Below are positions 1 through 9,397 of a DNA stretch of 64,000 nucleotides, one piece after another (the stretch's first letter is position 1; the number at the start of each line of letters is the position of its first letter). The notes beneath the pieces were generated by a model that was not told where the DNA came from, ran no database searches, and was given only the letters and a program-made list of their open reading frames with translations. The stretch covers positions 172,150-236,149 of the forward strand of contig DASTWS010000030.1 of the NCBI GenBank assembly GCA_035776755.1, given 5' to 3'. The position numbers and the translations under genes are program-made. The stretch comes from Verrucomicrobiia bacterium. Its GTDB lineage: Bacteria; Verrucomicrobiota; Verrucomicrobiia; Limisphaerales; UBA11358.

Positions 1-219
1 ATGGTTCTGTTCATGATTTCAGGCTGGCTAACGTTTGCGCGCCATGACCTGGCGGAGATGTATCAATTAATGAATTTCCCGCCGGAGCAGATTGAGTTGA
101 TTCAAAAGACGGGCATGCCGGATTTGATACGCTGGTTTATGCCGTTGTCGGCAGCGCCATTTGTGATTTATCTGCTGTTCATCAAACGGTATTTCAGAAA
201 AACGGCGGCGCAGATGTAG
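1..219 (+). CDS. C-terminal fragment of a membrane protein (5' end outside window)
   Basis: Frame is open from the window edge to TAG at 217-219. Hydrophobic stretches are present (ISGWLTF, PLSAAPFVIYLLFI). No family recognised. Confidence 0.4.
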   Translation: MVLFMISGWLTFARHDLAEMYQLMNFPPEQIELIQKTGMPDLIRWFMPLSAAPFVIYLLFIKRYFRKTAAQM

Positions 220-273
220 TGGATTGATCAAGACCGTCTTTTATGTTGTATGGTATAACGTCGCCCCAAACTC

Positions 274-813
274 ATGAAAAAACTCATCATCTCATTCGCT
301 TCGGCCGTATCCTGCATTGTTTTAATGACCGGCTGCGCGGGGCCGGGTGGCGAGCTTTATCCGGAAGCAAAGGCAACCGGCGCGCTGAATCCGCCGCCGG
401 GCAAGAGCATGGTGTTGATTTACTGGGTATCCAGTTTTGCGGAAGGCGGTCTATCTGAAAACGAAAACCGCACCTACGTTTATGCGGATGATTTGATGCT
501 CGACCAGCAGTTGCGTCCGGGCGGTTTTTATTCGCTGGTGACGGAGCCGGGTCAATTAAAAATCAGTTCCGGTTCACGCCTGCGTGAAAACCAGACGCGG
601 GATTATATTGTGCATGGTTTTCTCGAGGGCGGATTGGGCATCGCCGCGGTGAACACGGCGCAGAAACGGGAACGCCTGGGCTTCGAGGTGTCGCCTGACG
701 AAACCTACTATCTGGAAATCCACACGGGCTTGTTTCAGGAATCCATGAAACCGGTTGCACAAGCGGTGGGCGAAAAACGGATCCAGGATTGTCATTGGCT
801 CAATCCAAGGTAG
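274..813 (+). CDS. Putative lipoprotein, unknown function
   Basis: N-terminal signal peptide with lipobox (SCIVLMTG-C-AGPG). 179 aa. Confidence 0.6.
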   Translation: MKKLIISFASAVSCIVLMTGCAGPGGELYPEAKATGALNPPPGKSMVLIYWVSSFAEGGLSENENRTYVYADDLMLDQQLRPGGFYSLVTEPGQLKISSGSRLRENQTRDYIVHGFLEGGLGIAAVNTAQKRERLGFEVSPDETYYLEIHTGLFQESMKPVAQAVGEKRIQDCHWLNPR

Positions 814-1762
814 TCATCCCTTCCACCGCCGCACGGACAGCGGCGACAAGGGCGTTGACGCGCGCGGGCAATGGAAAATCCGATGGCGCTTCGAGGGTGT
901 AGCTTTGTCGCGTTTTATGCGTGATCATGTAAAACGCTTCCGGCCAGTCAGGACGGTCTTTGGGCAAAATGTTCGGCCGCACGATTCCATCTTTGGCAGG
1001 CCGGCCTTCAATCAGTTCGGAACGATCAATGGGACACACTTTTTCCACGGCGGCGACCATCTTTTCCGCAAAACTCTTTTTGCCGTCGGGATTTTGTTCG
1101 TAGAGATAGAAGCCATGCGATTCCCAGTCTTCGTGCAGCATCAGACAAAGATCGAATTGCGGCTGGCGCTCCAGCCACGAAATATGCGCGAGGATTTCAT
1201 CCGCAACGGGATTAAGATAGCCGCGATTTAGGTCAATGCCTTTGGGATTGGCACGGGAATTCAATTTGAAACCAACCGGATTCAGGCACGGACACATCCA
1301 GAGTTCCATGTGTTCCGGCCAGCGATTTTCCTGCAATAATCTCAAAGCGGCAAGCGGGCTGGCCGGTTCATCGCCGTGGATGCCGGCGCTGAGGTAAATT
1401 TTGCGTTTTGAACGTTGAGCTTTAAGTCCGGCTTTGCGGTGCAGGCCAAAGAGTTTGCAATCGCCGGTTTCGTGGAAAGTTTCCAGCGTCCAATGATTTT
1501 TTCGCGCGGCATTTTCGATGTCGCGAAGGACCGATTGAATCTCAATCGTTTCGCCGAGGTAACTGCCGAGATTTTTCCCGAGCTTTTGCACATGAAGAAT
1601 TTCTCGCAAAGCCCGCAAAGCGCAAAGAAGTTTTTGGCATCCGGATGGAGAAAAGGTTCTTGACGGTTCGGTTGCCAGTGTTACAAAGACGCCGTCGAGA
1701 AGGAATCCATTTATGAAAATCAATTCAGTCTTCGTGACAGTTCTGTCACTTTTAGTCTCCAA
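800..1762 (-). CDS. M14-family zinc carboxypeptidase-like protein (succinylglutamate desuccinylase/aspartoacylase type); start uncertain
   Basis: Zinc-ligand motif IYLSAGIHGDEPAS and a downstream MLHEDWE. The maximal ORF overlaps the divergent gene starting at 1713, so the true start is probably internal (for example the GTG whose first base is at 1591). Confidence 0.7.
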   Translation of the reverse strand: METKSDRTVTKTELIFINGFLLDGVFVTLATEPSRTFSPSGCQKLLCALRALREILHVQKLGKNLGSYLGETIEIQSVLRDIENAARKNHWTLETFHETGDCKLFGLHRKAGLKAQRSKRKIYLSAGIHGDEPASPLAALRLLQENRWPEHMELWMCPCLNPVGFKLNSRANPKGIDLNRGYLNPVADEILAHISWLERQPQFDLCLMLHEDWESHGFYLYEQNPDGKKSFAEKMVAAVEKVCPIDRSELIEGRPAKDGIVRPNILPKDRPDWPEAFYMITHKTRQSYTLEAPSDFPLPARVNALVAAVRAAVEGMTTLD

Positions 1763-2741
1763 CTATATTTTTGCGCAAGGCAGCCTGACACCGCCGGGCG
1801 CGCCTGCGCCGACGATGAAGTCACTCGACCAAATTGAGCCGCGCATACCCGTTTCCGCAAGCACGACGCCGGGCAATGGGAACAATCTTTACATCATCAG
1901 CCAGCCCGGTTCGTATTATCTGACGACAAACATTGTCACGGTCACCAATTACGGCGCCACGGGGATAGAAATTCTCCCGAACAATGTGACGCTGGATTTG
2001 AACGGATTTTCTGTTATCTGCACATCCACCAATATCGGAACGTATGGGATATATATCCCTAACACCCAAACGAACATCACCGTGCGGAACGGCACGATCA
2101 ACGGCTGGTATTACGGGGTGTTTTCAATTAATGGCGATTCAGCCAACCTGGTTTTTGAAAGGTTGAACGCGGTGAATTGTGTCAAAGTGAATAACAGCAA
2201 CGGTTATGGGATGACTCTCAATGGCCCTGCGGTGCTCCGCGATTGCACCTTTGAAGGCAATGGCACTGGCGCCGCTTGTAACAATAATGTTTCGACTGGC
2301 AGCAGCGTGATAACCGGATGCACGGCCAGCCATAATTATTTTTCCGGAATCGTTTGTTCGGGCAGCGGAATCATCTCCGACTGCACGGCAAACAATAATT
2401 CCTCGGTCGGGATTGACGTTGCTTTTAATCAATTTGGCTCCAGTTCCACTGACGGCTGTCTTGTCTCCGGTTGCACGGTCAACAACAACTATTTTGGAAT
2501 ATACATCCAGGGGGCCAGAAACCGGATCGAAAACAATCACGCGGTGAACAACTCTTACGGGATTTATGTGTATGACGGCGGCGGTCCCTACACGAACAAC
2601 ATCATCGTCAAAAACAGCGTGGAGGGATCGGGCGTTGCCAACTACACCATCACCGGCGCGCAAATCGTCGGGCCGTTCATCACCAACACGATGTCGGGAA
2701 TTATCACCAATTTGAATCCGTGGGCAAATTTTTCATTTTAA
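1713..2741 (+). CDS. Secreted right-handed parallel beta-helix (PbH1) repeat protein, paralog 1
   Basis: Signal peptide MKINSVFVTVLSLLVSNYIFAQG. Conserved leader SLTPPGAPAPTMKSLDQIEPR. Repeated C-T-A-x-x-N...G-I units. C-terminus NPWANFSF. Confidence 0.8.
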   Translation: MKINSVFVTVLSLLVSNYIFAQGSLTPPGAPAPTMKSLDQIEPRIPVSASTTPGNGNNLYIISQPGSYYLTTNIVTVTNYGATGIEILPNNVTLDLNGFSVICTSTNIGTYGIYIPNTQTNITVRNGTINGWYYGVFSINGDSANLVFERLNAVNCVKVNNSNGYGMTLNGPAVLRDCTFEGNGTGAACNNNVSTGSSVITGCTASHNYFSGIVCSGSGIISDCTANNNSSVGIDVAFNQFGSSSTDGCLVSGCTVNNNYFGIYIQGARNRIENNHAVNNSYGIYVYDGGGPYTNNIIVKNSVEGSGVANYTITGAQIVGPFITNTMSGIITNLNPWANFSF

Positions 2742-2884
2742 TCTCTGGATTTTTAGCCCGCCTATTTCCGGGCAATTCGCGCGATTGCGAATAAAATCAT
2801 GGAAAACGCGCTTGACGGTTGATTTTTGCAGGATTAAAAAAGTTGAAGCGGTGGATGAGGCTGGCTCAAAACAAGTTGTGACCT

Positions 2885-4012
2885 ATGAACAAAAATTCTC
2901 TCCTCATTGCAGTCGTTTCGTTGTTTGCGTTTTCCGATATTCCCATCCTTGCCCAGGGCGCACTCACGCCGCCGGGCGCACCCGCGCCGACGATGAAATC
3001 GCTTTCGCAGATCGAACCGCGCACGCCGATTTCGTCCCTGCCCTTCATCATCACCAATTCGGGCTCGTTTTATTTGACGACGAATCTTTATCTTGGCACC
3101 GGCGAAAACGGAATCTCCATCAGTGCGAACGATGTGACGATAGATTTGAATGGATTCACATTGACGGGTTCGCCGGCGGCCGGCAGCGGCAGCGGTATTT
3201 ATGTGGATTATATTCACACGAATATCGTGGTGCGCAACGGCAACCTGGAAGACTGGGGTTTTCGCGGGCTGGAGGCGGAATACACTTACAACAGCCAGTT
3301 CGTTCAACTGCGTGCATCTGGAAACCAGGACGACGGCCTGGACACCGGCATTGATAGCACGGTGATCCAATGCACGGCAGCGAACAATGTTTGGGTGGGA
3401 ATCAATGCGTCGGCAGCATCGTCCGTCCGGAATTGCACGGCCACAGATAATGGCAACAACGGAATCAGCGTCAATGCCGGTTCGGTCGTCTTCGGTTGTG
3501 CCAGCACAGGAAATGGCGGCGGCATTTCCACCGGCACGGGTTGCACCGTCAGCGCGTGTTCCGCAAAACAGAATGGTGGCGACGGTTTTTCGATATCGCA
3601 AAGCACCATCGTAGATTGCACCGCCCAGGGAAATTCTTATCGCGGAATCGTGGCAAGCGATGGAAGCACGGTCAGTCGTTGCACGGCGCGGGTCAATACT
3701 ACGGACGGTATATTGGTAGGAACGGGTTGTCAGGTGAAGGACAACACCTGCCAGCTCAACGGCCACAACGGAACCGGCGCGGGAATCCACGTTTATGGAA
3801 ATGAAAGTCGCATCGAAGGAAATCATCTGGTCAGCAACGATTACGGCATCCTGGTCGACGCCACGAACAACGTCGTGATCAAAAACAGCGCGCAATTGAA
3901 TACCACCAATTACCTGTTCACGGTTCCCCAGGTTATGGGCCCGATCATTAAGACTGCTGACACTTTTGGATTTATCACCAATGAGAACCCGTGGATCAAT
4001 CTTTCCTTTTGA
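2885..4012 (+). CDS. Secreted parallel beta-helix repeat protein, paralog 2
   Basis: Signal peptide, leader ALTPPGAPAPTMKSLSQIEPRTPISSLP, PbH1-like repeats (CTAANN, CTATDN, CSAKQN, CTAQGN). C-terminus NPWINLSF. Confidence 0.8.
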   Translation: MNKNSLLIAVVSLFAFSDIPILAQGALTPPGAPAPTMKSLSQIEPRTPISSLPFIITNSGSFYLTTNLYLGTGENGISISANDVTIDLNGFTLTGSPAAGSGSGIYVDYIHTNIVVRNGNLEDWGFRGLEAEYTYNSQFVQLRASGNQDDGLDTGIDSTVIQCTAANNVWVGINASAASSVRNCTATDNGNNGISVNAGSVVFGCASTGNGGGISTGTGCTVSACSAKQNGGDGFSISQSTIVDCTAQGNSYRGIVASDGSTVSRCTARVNTTDGILVGTGCQVKDNTCQLNGHNGTGAGIHVYGNESRIEGNHLVSNDYGILVDATNNVVIKNSAQLNTTNYLFTVPQVMGPIIKTADTFGFITNENPWINLSF

Positions 4013-4014
4013 TT

Positions 4015-5247
4015 ATGAGAATTTTTATTGCCCCGCTTTTTTCGTCTATTGTCGTTGTTTCGGCATTTGCCCAGGGCAGCCTGACACCGCCGGGCGCGCC
4101 TGCACCGGTGATGAAAACGCTTTCGCAGATCGAGCCGCGCACGCCGATTTCGTCCCTGCCTTACACGATCACGAATCCGGGCTCATATTACGTGACGACA
4201 AACCTCACCGGAATTTCCGGACAAAACGGAGTCACACTCAACGCATCGGATATAACATTGGATTTGAGCGGATTTGAACTGGCCGGCGTTCCGGGCTCGC
4301 TGGCCGGAATCCAGGCTCCGAATGAAGTGACCAATATTTTTATCCACAACGGGACGGTGCGGAATTGGGGCGGCAACGGTTTGGAATTAAATCTGACGCA
4401 TGAATCCAGAGTGGAACATGTTCATGCGCAGCGGAATGGTGGTTTGGGAATCGGGCTGGGCGGCGGCGATCTGGTGGAAAATTGTTCGGCAATTTCCAAT
4501 ACCTTTACCGGCATATCTGCCTTTGGCGTCATCCGCAATTGCGCGGCGATTGGAAATGGATCTGATGGAATCAGCGGGGAAACGTTGCAGTCCTGCATGG
4601 CGGAAGGCAACGGAGGAAATGGCGTTCACAGTTCAATCAGCATCGTGGATTGTTCGGCGGCTTATAATCACCGGGACGGAATTTTGATTGAAAGCGGCGG
4701 TCTCATCAGCCGAAGCGCCGCCCAATTCAACAGTGGCAACGGAATCGAGGCCAGGTTCAGCGACCTGATCCGGGATTGTTCGGCATATAATAACGGGGCC
4801 ACGGGCATCGTTGCGGCCGTTTCGTGCCGGATTGTCAGTTGCGTGATCGAGGGCAACACGATCGGAATTTCCGCGGGCCAGGCCAGCACGGTGAAAGATT
4901 GCACGGTCCGCAACAGCTCCGGGGATGGCATTGTGGTGCCGAATGATTGTGTGGTTCAGGACAATGACTGCGTGGACAACGGCAGCATGGGCGGCGCCGG
5001 CGTCCATGTCACGATTGCTGGCAACCGGATCGAAGGAAACACCACCATCCTGAACTCAAAGGGAATCTGGATAGAAGGCGCCGCGAATATGGTTGTCCGC
5101 AATATTTCACGCTACAACCCGGGCAGCGGTTCTATCGGCAGTTCCAATTTCGTCATCAATGCCGGCAATACTGTCGGGGAAATCCTGAACTTCAGCAGCG
5201 GCGGCACGATCACGAATGCCAATCCGTGGGCAAACTTTTCGTATTAA
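4015..5247 (+). CDS. Secreted parallel beta-helix repeat protein, paralog 3
   Basis: ATG at 4015 lies 3 nt after the paralog-2 stop and gives signal peptide MRIFIAPLFSSIVVVSAFAQG. Same leader (SLTPPGAPAPVMKTLSQIEPRTPISSLP) and C-terminus NPWANFSY. Confidence 0.8.
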   Translation: MRIFIAPLFSSIVVVSAFAQGSLTPPGAPAPVMKTLSQIEPRTPISSLPYTITNPGSYYVTTNLTGISGQNGVTLNASDITLDLSGFELAGVPGSLAGIQAPNEVTNIFIHNGTVRNWGGNGLELNLTHESRVEHVHAQRNGGLGIGLGGGDLVENCSAISNTFTGISAFGVIRNCAAIGNGSDGISGETLQSCMAEGNGGNGVHSSISIVDCSAAYNHRDGILIESGGLISRSAAQFNSGNGIEARFSDLIRDCSAYNNGATGIVAAVSCRIVSCVIEGNTIGISAGQASTVKDCTVRNSSGDGIVVPNDCVVQDNDCVDNGSMGGAGVHVTIAGNRIEGNTTILNSKGIWIEGAANMVVRNISRYNPGSGSIGSSNFVINAGNTVGEILNFSSGGTITNANPWANFSY

Positions 5248-5259
5248 ATTTTTGCAATT

Positions 5260-6129
5260 ATGAAAACCAAAATCTTAAGGCTGACAGCGGGTGTGATCTT
5301 GCTCTCTGCCCATCTCGCCTTTTCCACCACAACGATTGATGCCACCAGCAAATACGTTTACGGCGCGAATATCGGCTGGATGGATTGGCGCGGCGATATC
5401 GGCAATGGCGCCGTTATCGGCGAATACGTCTGCTCCGGTTATATTTATTCAGCCAACGTCGGCTGGATCAATCTCGGCAACGGCTCTCCCGCCAACGGCA
5501 TCCACTATCAAAACGCTGCGGCCGGCGATTTTGGCGTGAATCAGGACGGTCTTGGAAATTTAACCGGCTATGCCTACAGCGCCAATATCGGCTGGATCAA
5601 TTTTGAACAGACCTACGGCAAACCCCGGGTGGATTTGTTCACCGGCAAATTGAGCGGATCCGTTTATTCGGCCAACTGCGGCTGGATTTCCTTGAGCAAC
5701 GCCGCAGCTTATGTCCAAACGGTTGCGATTCAACCGGGCGCCGACACGGACAGCGACGGCATTGCCGATGCATGGGAATTGCTTCATTTTGGCAATTTGA
5801 CAACGGCCAACGCCTCGAGCGATTTTGACGGCGATGGTGTTTCCGATGCCGGCGAATATCTGGCCGGCACCGACCCTCAAAATGCCGGTGATTACTTGCA
5901 TATCACATCCATAACCCATGGCGTTTCCACGCCGACTTATACCACGTTGCAGTGGACCGCCGTTCCGACACGCTATTATATCATTCAGGAAAGACCGTCA
6001 TTGAGCGCGGGAACCTGGACGGATTATCTCAACCTTCCTTTCGCCGGATGGAGCAACGTGGGCTTCGACGATTACAATCCGACCAATGAATTTTTCCGGG
6101 TCATCGCCTATCGCCCGCTGATGCCGTAA
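5260..6129 (+). CDS. Secreted repeat protein with four (Y)SANxGWI repeats, TSP3-like Ca-binding motifs and a C-terminal beta-sandwich-like tail
   Basis: Signal peptide present. Repeats are YGANIGWMDW, YSANVGWINL, YSANIGWINF and YSANCGWISL. These are followed by DTDSDGIADAWE and DFDGDGVSDAGEYLAGTDPQN. Confidence 0.75.
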   Translation: MKTKILRLTAGVILLSAHLAFSTTTIDATSKYVYGANIGWMDWRGDIGNGAVIGEYVCSGYIYSANVGWINLGNGSPANGIHYQNAAAGDFGVNQDGLGNLTGYAYSANIGWINFEQTYGKPRVDLFTGKLSGSVYSANCGWISLSNAAAYVQTVAIQPGADTDSDGIADAWELLHFGNLTTANASSDFDGDGVSDAGEYLAGTDPQNAGDYLHITSITHGVSTPTYTTLQWTAVPTRYYIIQERPSLSAGTWTDYLNLPFAGWSNVGFDDYNPTNEFFRVIAYRPLMP

Positions 6130-7653
6130 TCAGTGCTGAATTAAATGCCGCGCCTGGCGTTTGGGCAATTGCGTGGAATGACGCAGTGTGGCGGATTCTT
6201 CGTCGCTCAAAAATTCGCGCAGGAACGTTGGTTTGTCATTTCGCCCGCCGCGTTGGTAATCGCGCCACAATGTTTCGGCGACAATTTTTGCATCCAAATT
6301 CAATTCCTTCGTCAAAAATTCGAAAAGCCATTCCATCAATTTTGCGAGCGGAATGCTGTCGGTGCGATTCGCGCGCGCAAAAAGCCAATCGCTCAATTGC
6401 ATGAAAGAATGAAATGGTGAATTTTTTTGCCAAATCAGCGGCGTTGTCTCGACAAAATTCCCGCTGTTGCCAATCAAATCCCAATACTTCGCGAAACGTC
6501 GCAGCTTTTGCATCGTCGCGAAATCAATCAATTTGTTTTGCAGGATTTCGTATTTCGGCTGCGGATTATAAATCATCTGCCATGCAACATCATGGCGCGA
6601 GATCGGCGTGCCGCGAAGGCGTTTCAGGATGCCAACCTGGATCTCCTGTGGGCGCAGCGCCACGAGTTTGTCAAAACCGTCCGCGAAACTTTCCACCGTT
6701 TCACCGGGCAATCCGACAATCAGATCCGCGTGAATGTGAACACCGGTCTCGCGTCGCAGAAAATTCAAATTGTCCGCGAGCCGCTCATAATTCTGCCGGC
6801 GACTGATGTTTTGGCCGACTTGCGGATTGAACGTCTGGATGCCAACCTCAAATTGCAGCGAACCGGTCGGAAATTTGGCGATGATTTCGCGCAACGCATC
6901 CGGCAACCGATCTGGAATCATTTCGAAATGATAAAAATTGCCATCACGATGGCGCGCGAGAAAAAATTCCAGAATCGCGCGGCTGGTCGCGATATTCAGA
7001 TTGAACGTCCGGTCAACGAATTTGAATTGCCGCACGCCGCGGTCGAGCAGCTTCTGCATCTCGCCGAGAAATAAATCAATCGGCACGGCGCGAACGGGAA
7101 TATCCAGCGACGATAAACAAAATTCGCACGTGAACGGACAGCCGCGCGAGGCTTCCACGTAAATGATGCGATGCGCGATGTCGCGTGCGTCATAAAATTC
7201 GTAAGGCAATTTAAGCTGCGAAAATTCCGGCAACGGCGCGGGGATAATTTTCTCAGGAAATTCGCCACGCAGAATTTGTTCACACACTTCTGCAAATTTC
7301 AAATCCGCTTCGCCGGTGATGACGTGGTCGGCAAGCCGGACAATTTCCTGCGATTCTGTTTCGTGACTAACTTCCGGCCCACCGAGAACGATTTTGATTT
7401 TGGGACGGACACGTTTGATCGCGGCGGCCACTTCCGTGGCTTCGGAAACATTCCAGATGTAAATGCCCAGCCCGATGATTTTCGGATTTTGCGCGAGCAA
7501 AACTTCCACGATGTCGAGCGGCTTTTGATTGATGTCGAATTCAACAATGCGCGCGCGAGATTGCAATTCACCGAGATTGGCGAACAAATAGCGCAAACCA
7601 AACGCGGCGTGGATGAATTTCGCGTTGAGCGTGGAGAGCACGATGTCCGGCAT
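6130..7653 (-). CDS. B12-binding-domain radical SAM protein (DUF4080-type C-terminus)
   Basis: N-terminal B12-binding-like domain. CxxxCxxC cluster motif (SRGCPFTCEFC). Long C-terminal extension typical of the DUF4080 class. Confidence 0.8.
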   Translation of the reverse strand: MPDIVLSTLNAKFIHAAFGLRYLFANLGELQSRARIVEFDINQKPLDIVEVLLAQNPKIIGLGIYIWNVSEATEVAAAIKRVRPKIKIVLGGPEVSHETESQEIVRLADHVITGEADLKFAEVCEQILRGEFPEKIIPAPLPEFSQLKLPYEFYDARDIAHRIIYVEASRGCPFTCEFCLSSLDIPVRAVPIDLFLGEMQKLLDRGVRQFKFVDRTFNLNIATSRAILEFFLARHRDGNFYHFEMIPDRLPDALREIIAKFPTGSLQFEVGIQTFNPQVGQNISRRQNYERLADNLNFLRRETGVHIHADLIVGLPGETVESFADGFDKLVALRPQEIQVGILKRLRGTPISRHDVAWQMIYNPQPKYEILQNKLIDFATMQKLRRFAKYWDLIGNSGNFVETTPLIWQKNSPFHSFMQLSDWLFARANRTDSIPLAKLMEWLFEFLTKELNLDAKIVAETLWRDYQRGGRNDKPTFLREFLSDEESATLRHSTQLPKRQARHLIQH

Positions 7654-7699
7654 CGCCCCAAATTAGACGCGCGCGAAAATTTCCGCAAAAGCAATTTAC

Positions 7700-8230
7700 C
7701 TAGTAAACGACCATCGAACTGACGTTGCAGCCTTTCAATTTTTCGCGGCCATTGAGGAATTTCAATTCAATAAGAAAGCTGACCTGAAGAATTTCCGCGC
7801 CCAGTTTTTTCACAAGCGCCACCGCCGCGGCCGCCGTTCCGCCGGTGGCCAGCAAATCATCAATGAGCAGCACCTTCGCGCCGCGTTTGAGCGCATCCAC
7901 GTGCATGGCCACGGTCGCATTGCCGTATTCAAGCGCGTAATCCTGCTCGATGGTTTGATAGGGCAATTTTCCTTTTTTACGGACGGGCACAAATCCGGCG
8001 TTCAATTTCTTCGCCGCGGCGGCGGCAAAGATGAATCCGCGCGCGTCAATGCCCACGACGGCATCCACGCTGCCCGGCTTGAAACCGTCGCACAACAAAT
8101 CAATCGTGCCGCTGAAGAGCCGCGCATCGGCGAGCACGGGCGTGATGTCTTTGAACTGGATGCCGGCTTTGGGAAAATCCGGAACGTTGCGGATGGCGTG
8201 TTCAATTTCGGCGGAGGTGACGTTTGACAT
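7700..8230 (-). CDS. apt: Adenine phosphoribosyltransferase
   Basis: PRPP-binding motif VLLIDDLLATGGTA. 176 aa, and overall Apt-like sequence. Confidence 0.9.
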   Translation of the reverse strand: MSNVTSAEIEHAIRNVPDFPKAGIQFKDITPVLADARLFSGTIDLLCDGFKPGSVDAVVGIDARGFIFAAAAAKKLNAGFVPVRKKGKLPYQTIEQDYALEYGNATVAMHVDALKRGAKVLLIDDLLATGGTAAAAVALVKKLGAEILQVSFLIELKFLNGREKLKGCNVSSMVVY

Positions 8231-8284
8231 GAGCGCAAAATTAAAAACGCCAACGACAAAAGGAAAGCGGAATTTATCTGTAGT

Positions 8285-8336
8285 GGCGCTTTATGAGCGC
8301 CGGCAGCCAGACCAATCACGACGGTCATAGACCGCC
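8285..8336. repeat. Two short palindromic hairpins (REP-like, or rpoD 3'-end structures)
   Basis: GGCGCT-ttatg-AGCGCC at 8285-8301. GACGGTC-ata-GACCGCC at 8320-8336 (one mismatch). Located between the rpoD stop and the apt start. Confidence 0.35.
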
Positions 8337-8343
8337 GCGATGA

Positions 8344-9345
8344 TTACTCTTCCTTGCTTTTCTGCGCTTCGAGTTTCTCGATCATCTTGCGCAATTTTTT
8401 CAGCGCCAGGTTTTGGATCTGGCGCACGCGTTCGCGGGTGACGCCGAATTTCTCGCCGACTTCTTCCAAAGTCTTTTCCGAACCGCCGTCCAGACCGAAG
8501 CGATAACGCAGAATCGTCGCCTCGCGGTCATCCAAATGTTTGACCATTTCCTGCAACATGCCGGTCACGGTGCGTTCTTCGAGATTTTCGTAAGGCGTCG
8601 CGGCGTTTTCATCCTCGACCACATCGGAAAAATTATTCGAATCATCGTCGCCGATCGGCGCATCGAGCGATGCCGGTCGAATCGCCGCCAAACGCATTTG
8701 CCGGACGCGCGTCGCGGTCATGCCCAGTTCATCCGCCAATTCCTCATCCGTCGGTTCGCGGCCAAGCTCCTCCTGCAATTTCATCGCCACGCGCCGCATC
8801 TTGGAAATTTTGTCCACGAGATGCACGGGCAGCCGGATGGTTTTGGATTGGTTGGCGAGCGCGCGTTTGATGGCTTGCTTGATCCACCACGATCCGTATG
8901 TGGAAAGCTTGCCGCCTTTTTTCGGGTCAAAGCGCTCGACAGCTTTCATCAAACCGATGTTGCCTTCGGAAATCAAATCGAGCAGCGGCAGGCCGATGCC
9001 TTCATAATCACGAGCAATCTTTACGACGAGCCGCAGATTGGCTTTGATCATTTGTTCACGCGCCTTTTTGTCGCCCTTCTTGATTTTCGCGGCGAGATCA
9101 ATCTCCTCCTGCGGCGTGAGCAATTTCACCTGGCCGATTTCGCGCAGGTAAAGTTTGATGGCGGTGTCGCCATTGTAACGCTCGCTCTCGTGCCGGAGAA
9201 AGGTCGTGGTGTCGCCTTCGGATTTGGGAGGGACACGGTTCGGTTGAAATTCGGCGGCGGCCGCCGGCTTCTTGTTTTCCACGGGCGCGGGCGTGGGAAT
9301 TTCAAACCGTGGCTTTGACGCTCCTTTTTTCGTTTTTAACGGCAT
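8344..9345 (-). CDS. rpoD: RNA polymerase sigma-70 family factor, RpoD-like
   Basis: Region 2 ([24 protein letters not shown]), region 3, and region 4 ([28 protein letters not shown]). Confidence 0.85.
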   Translation of the reverse strand: MPLKTKKGASKPRFEIPTPAPVENKKPAAAAEFQPNRVPPKSEGDTTTFLRHESERYNGDTAIKLYLREIGQVKLLTPQEEIDLAAKIKKGDKKAREQMIKANLRLVVKIARDYEGIGLPLLDLISEGNIGLMKAVERFDPKKGGKLSTYGSWWIKQAIKRALANQSKTIRLPVHLVDKISKMRRVAMKLQEELGREPTDEELADELGMTATRVRQMRLAAIRPASLDAPIGDDDSNNFSDVVEDENAATPYENLEERTVTGMLQEMVKHLDDREATILRYRFGLDGGSEKTLEEVGEKFGVTRERVRQIQNLALKKLRKMIEKLEAQKSKEE

Positions 9346-9397
9346 AAAAGTGACGGGACGACAAACTTAAACGCAAATTGCCACGCCGCAAGAAAAA

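Noticed and set aside
2834-3895. Long antisense ORFs opposite well-supported genes, for example 2834..3895(-) 353 aa, 8413..9318(+) 301 aa, 52896..53576(-), 53673..54359(-), 62514..63509(+) 331 aa and 10137..10685(-).
   Set aside because: Their translations are Arg/Ala/Gly-rich and low in complexity, with no motifs. Each lies fully inside a gene with strong family signatures on the other strand. This is typical of shadow ORFs in GC-rich coding DNA.
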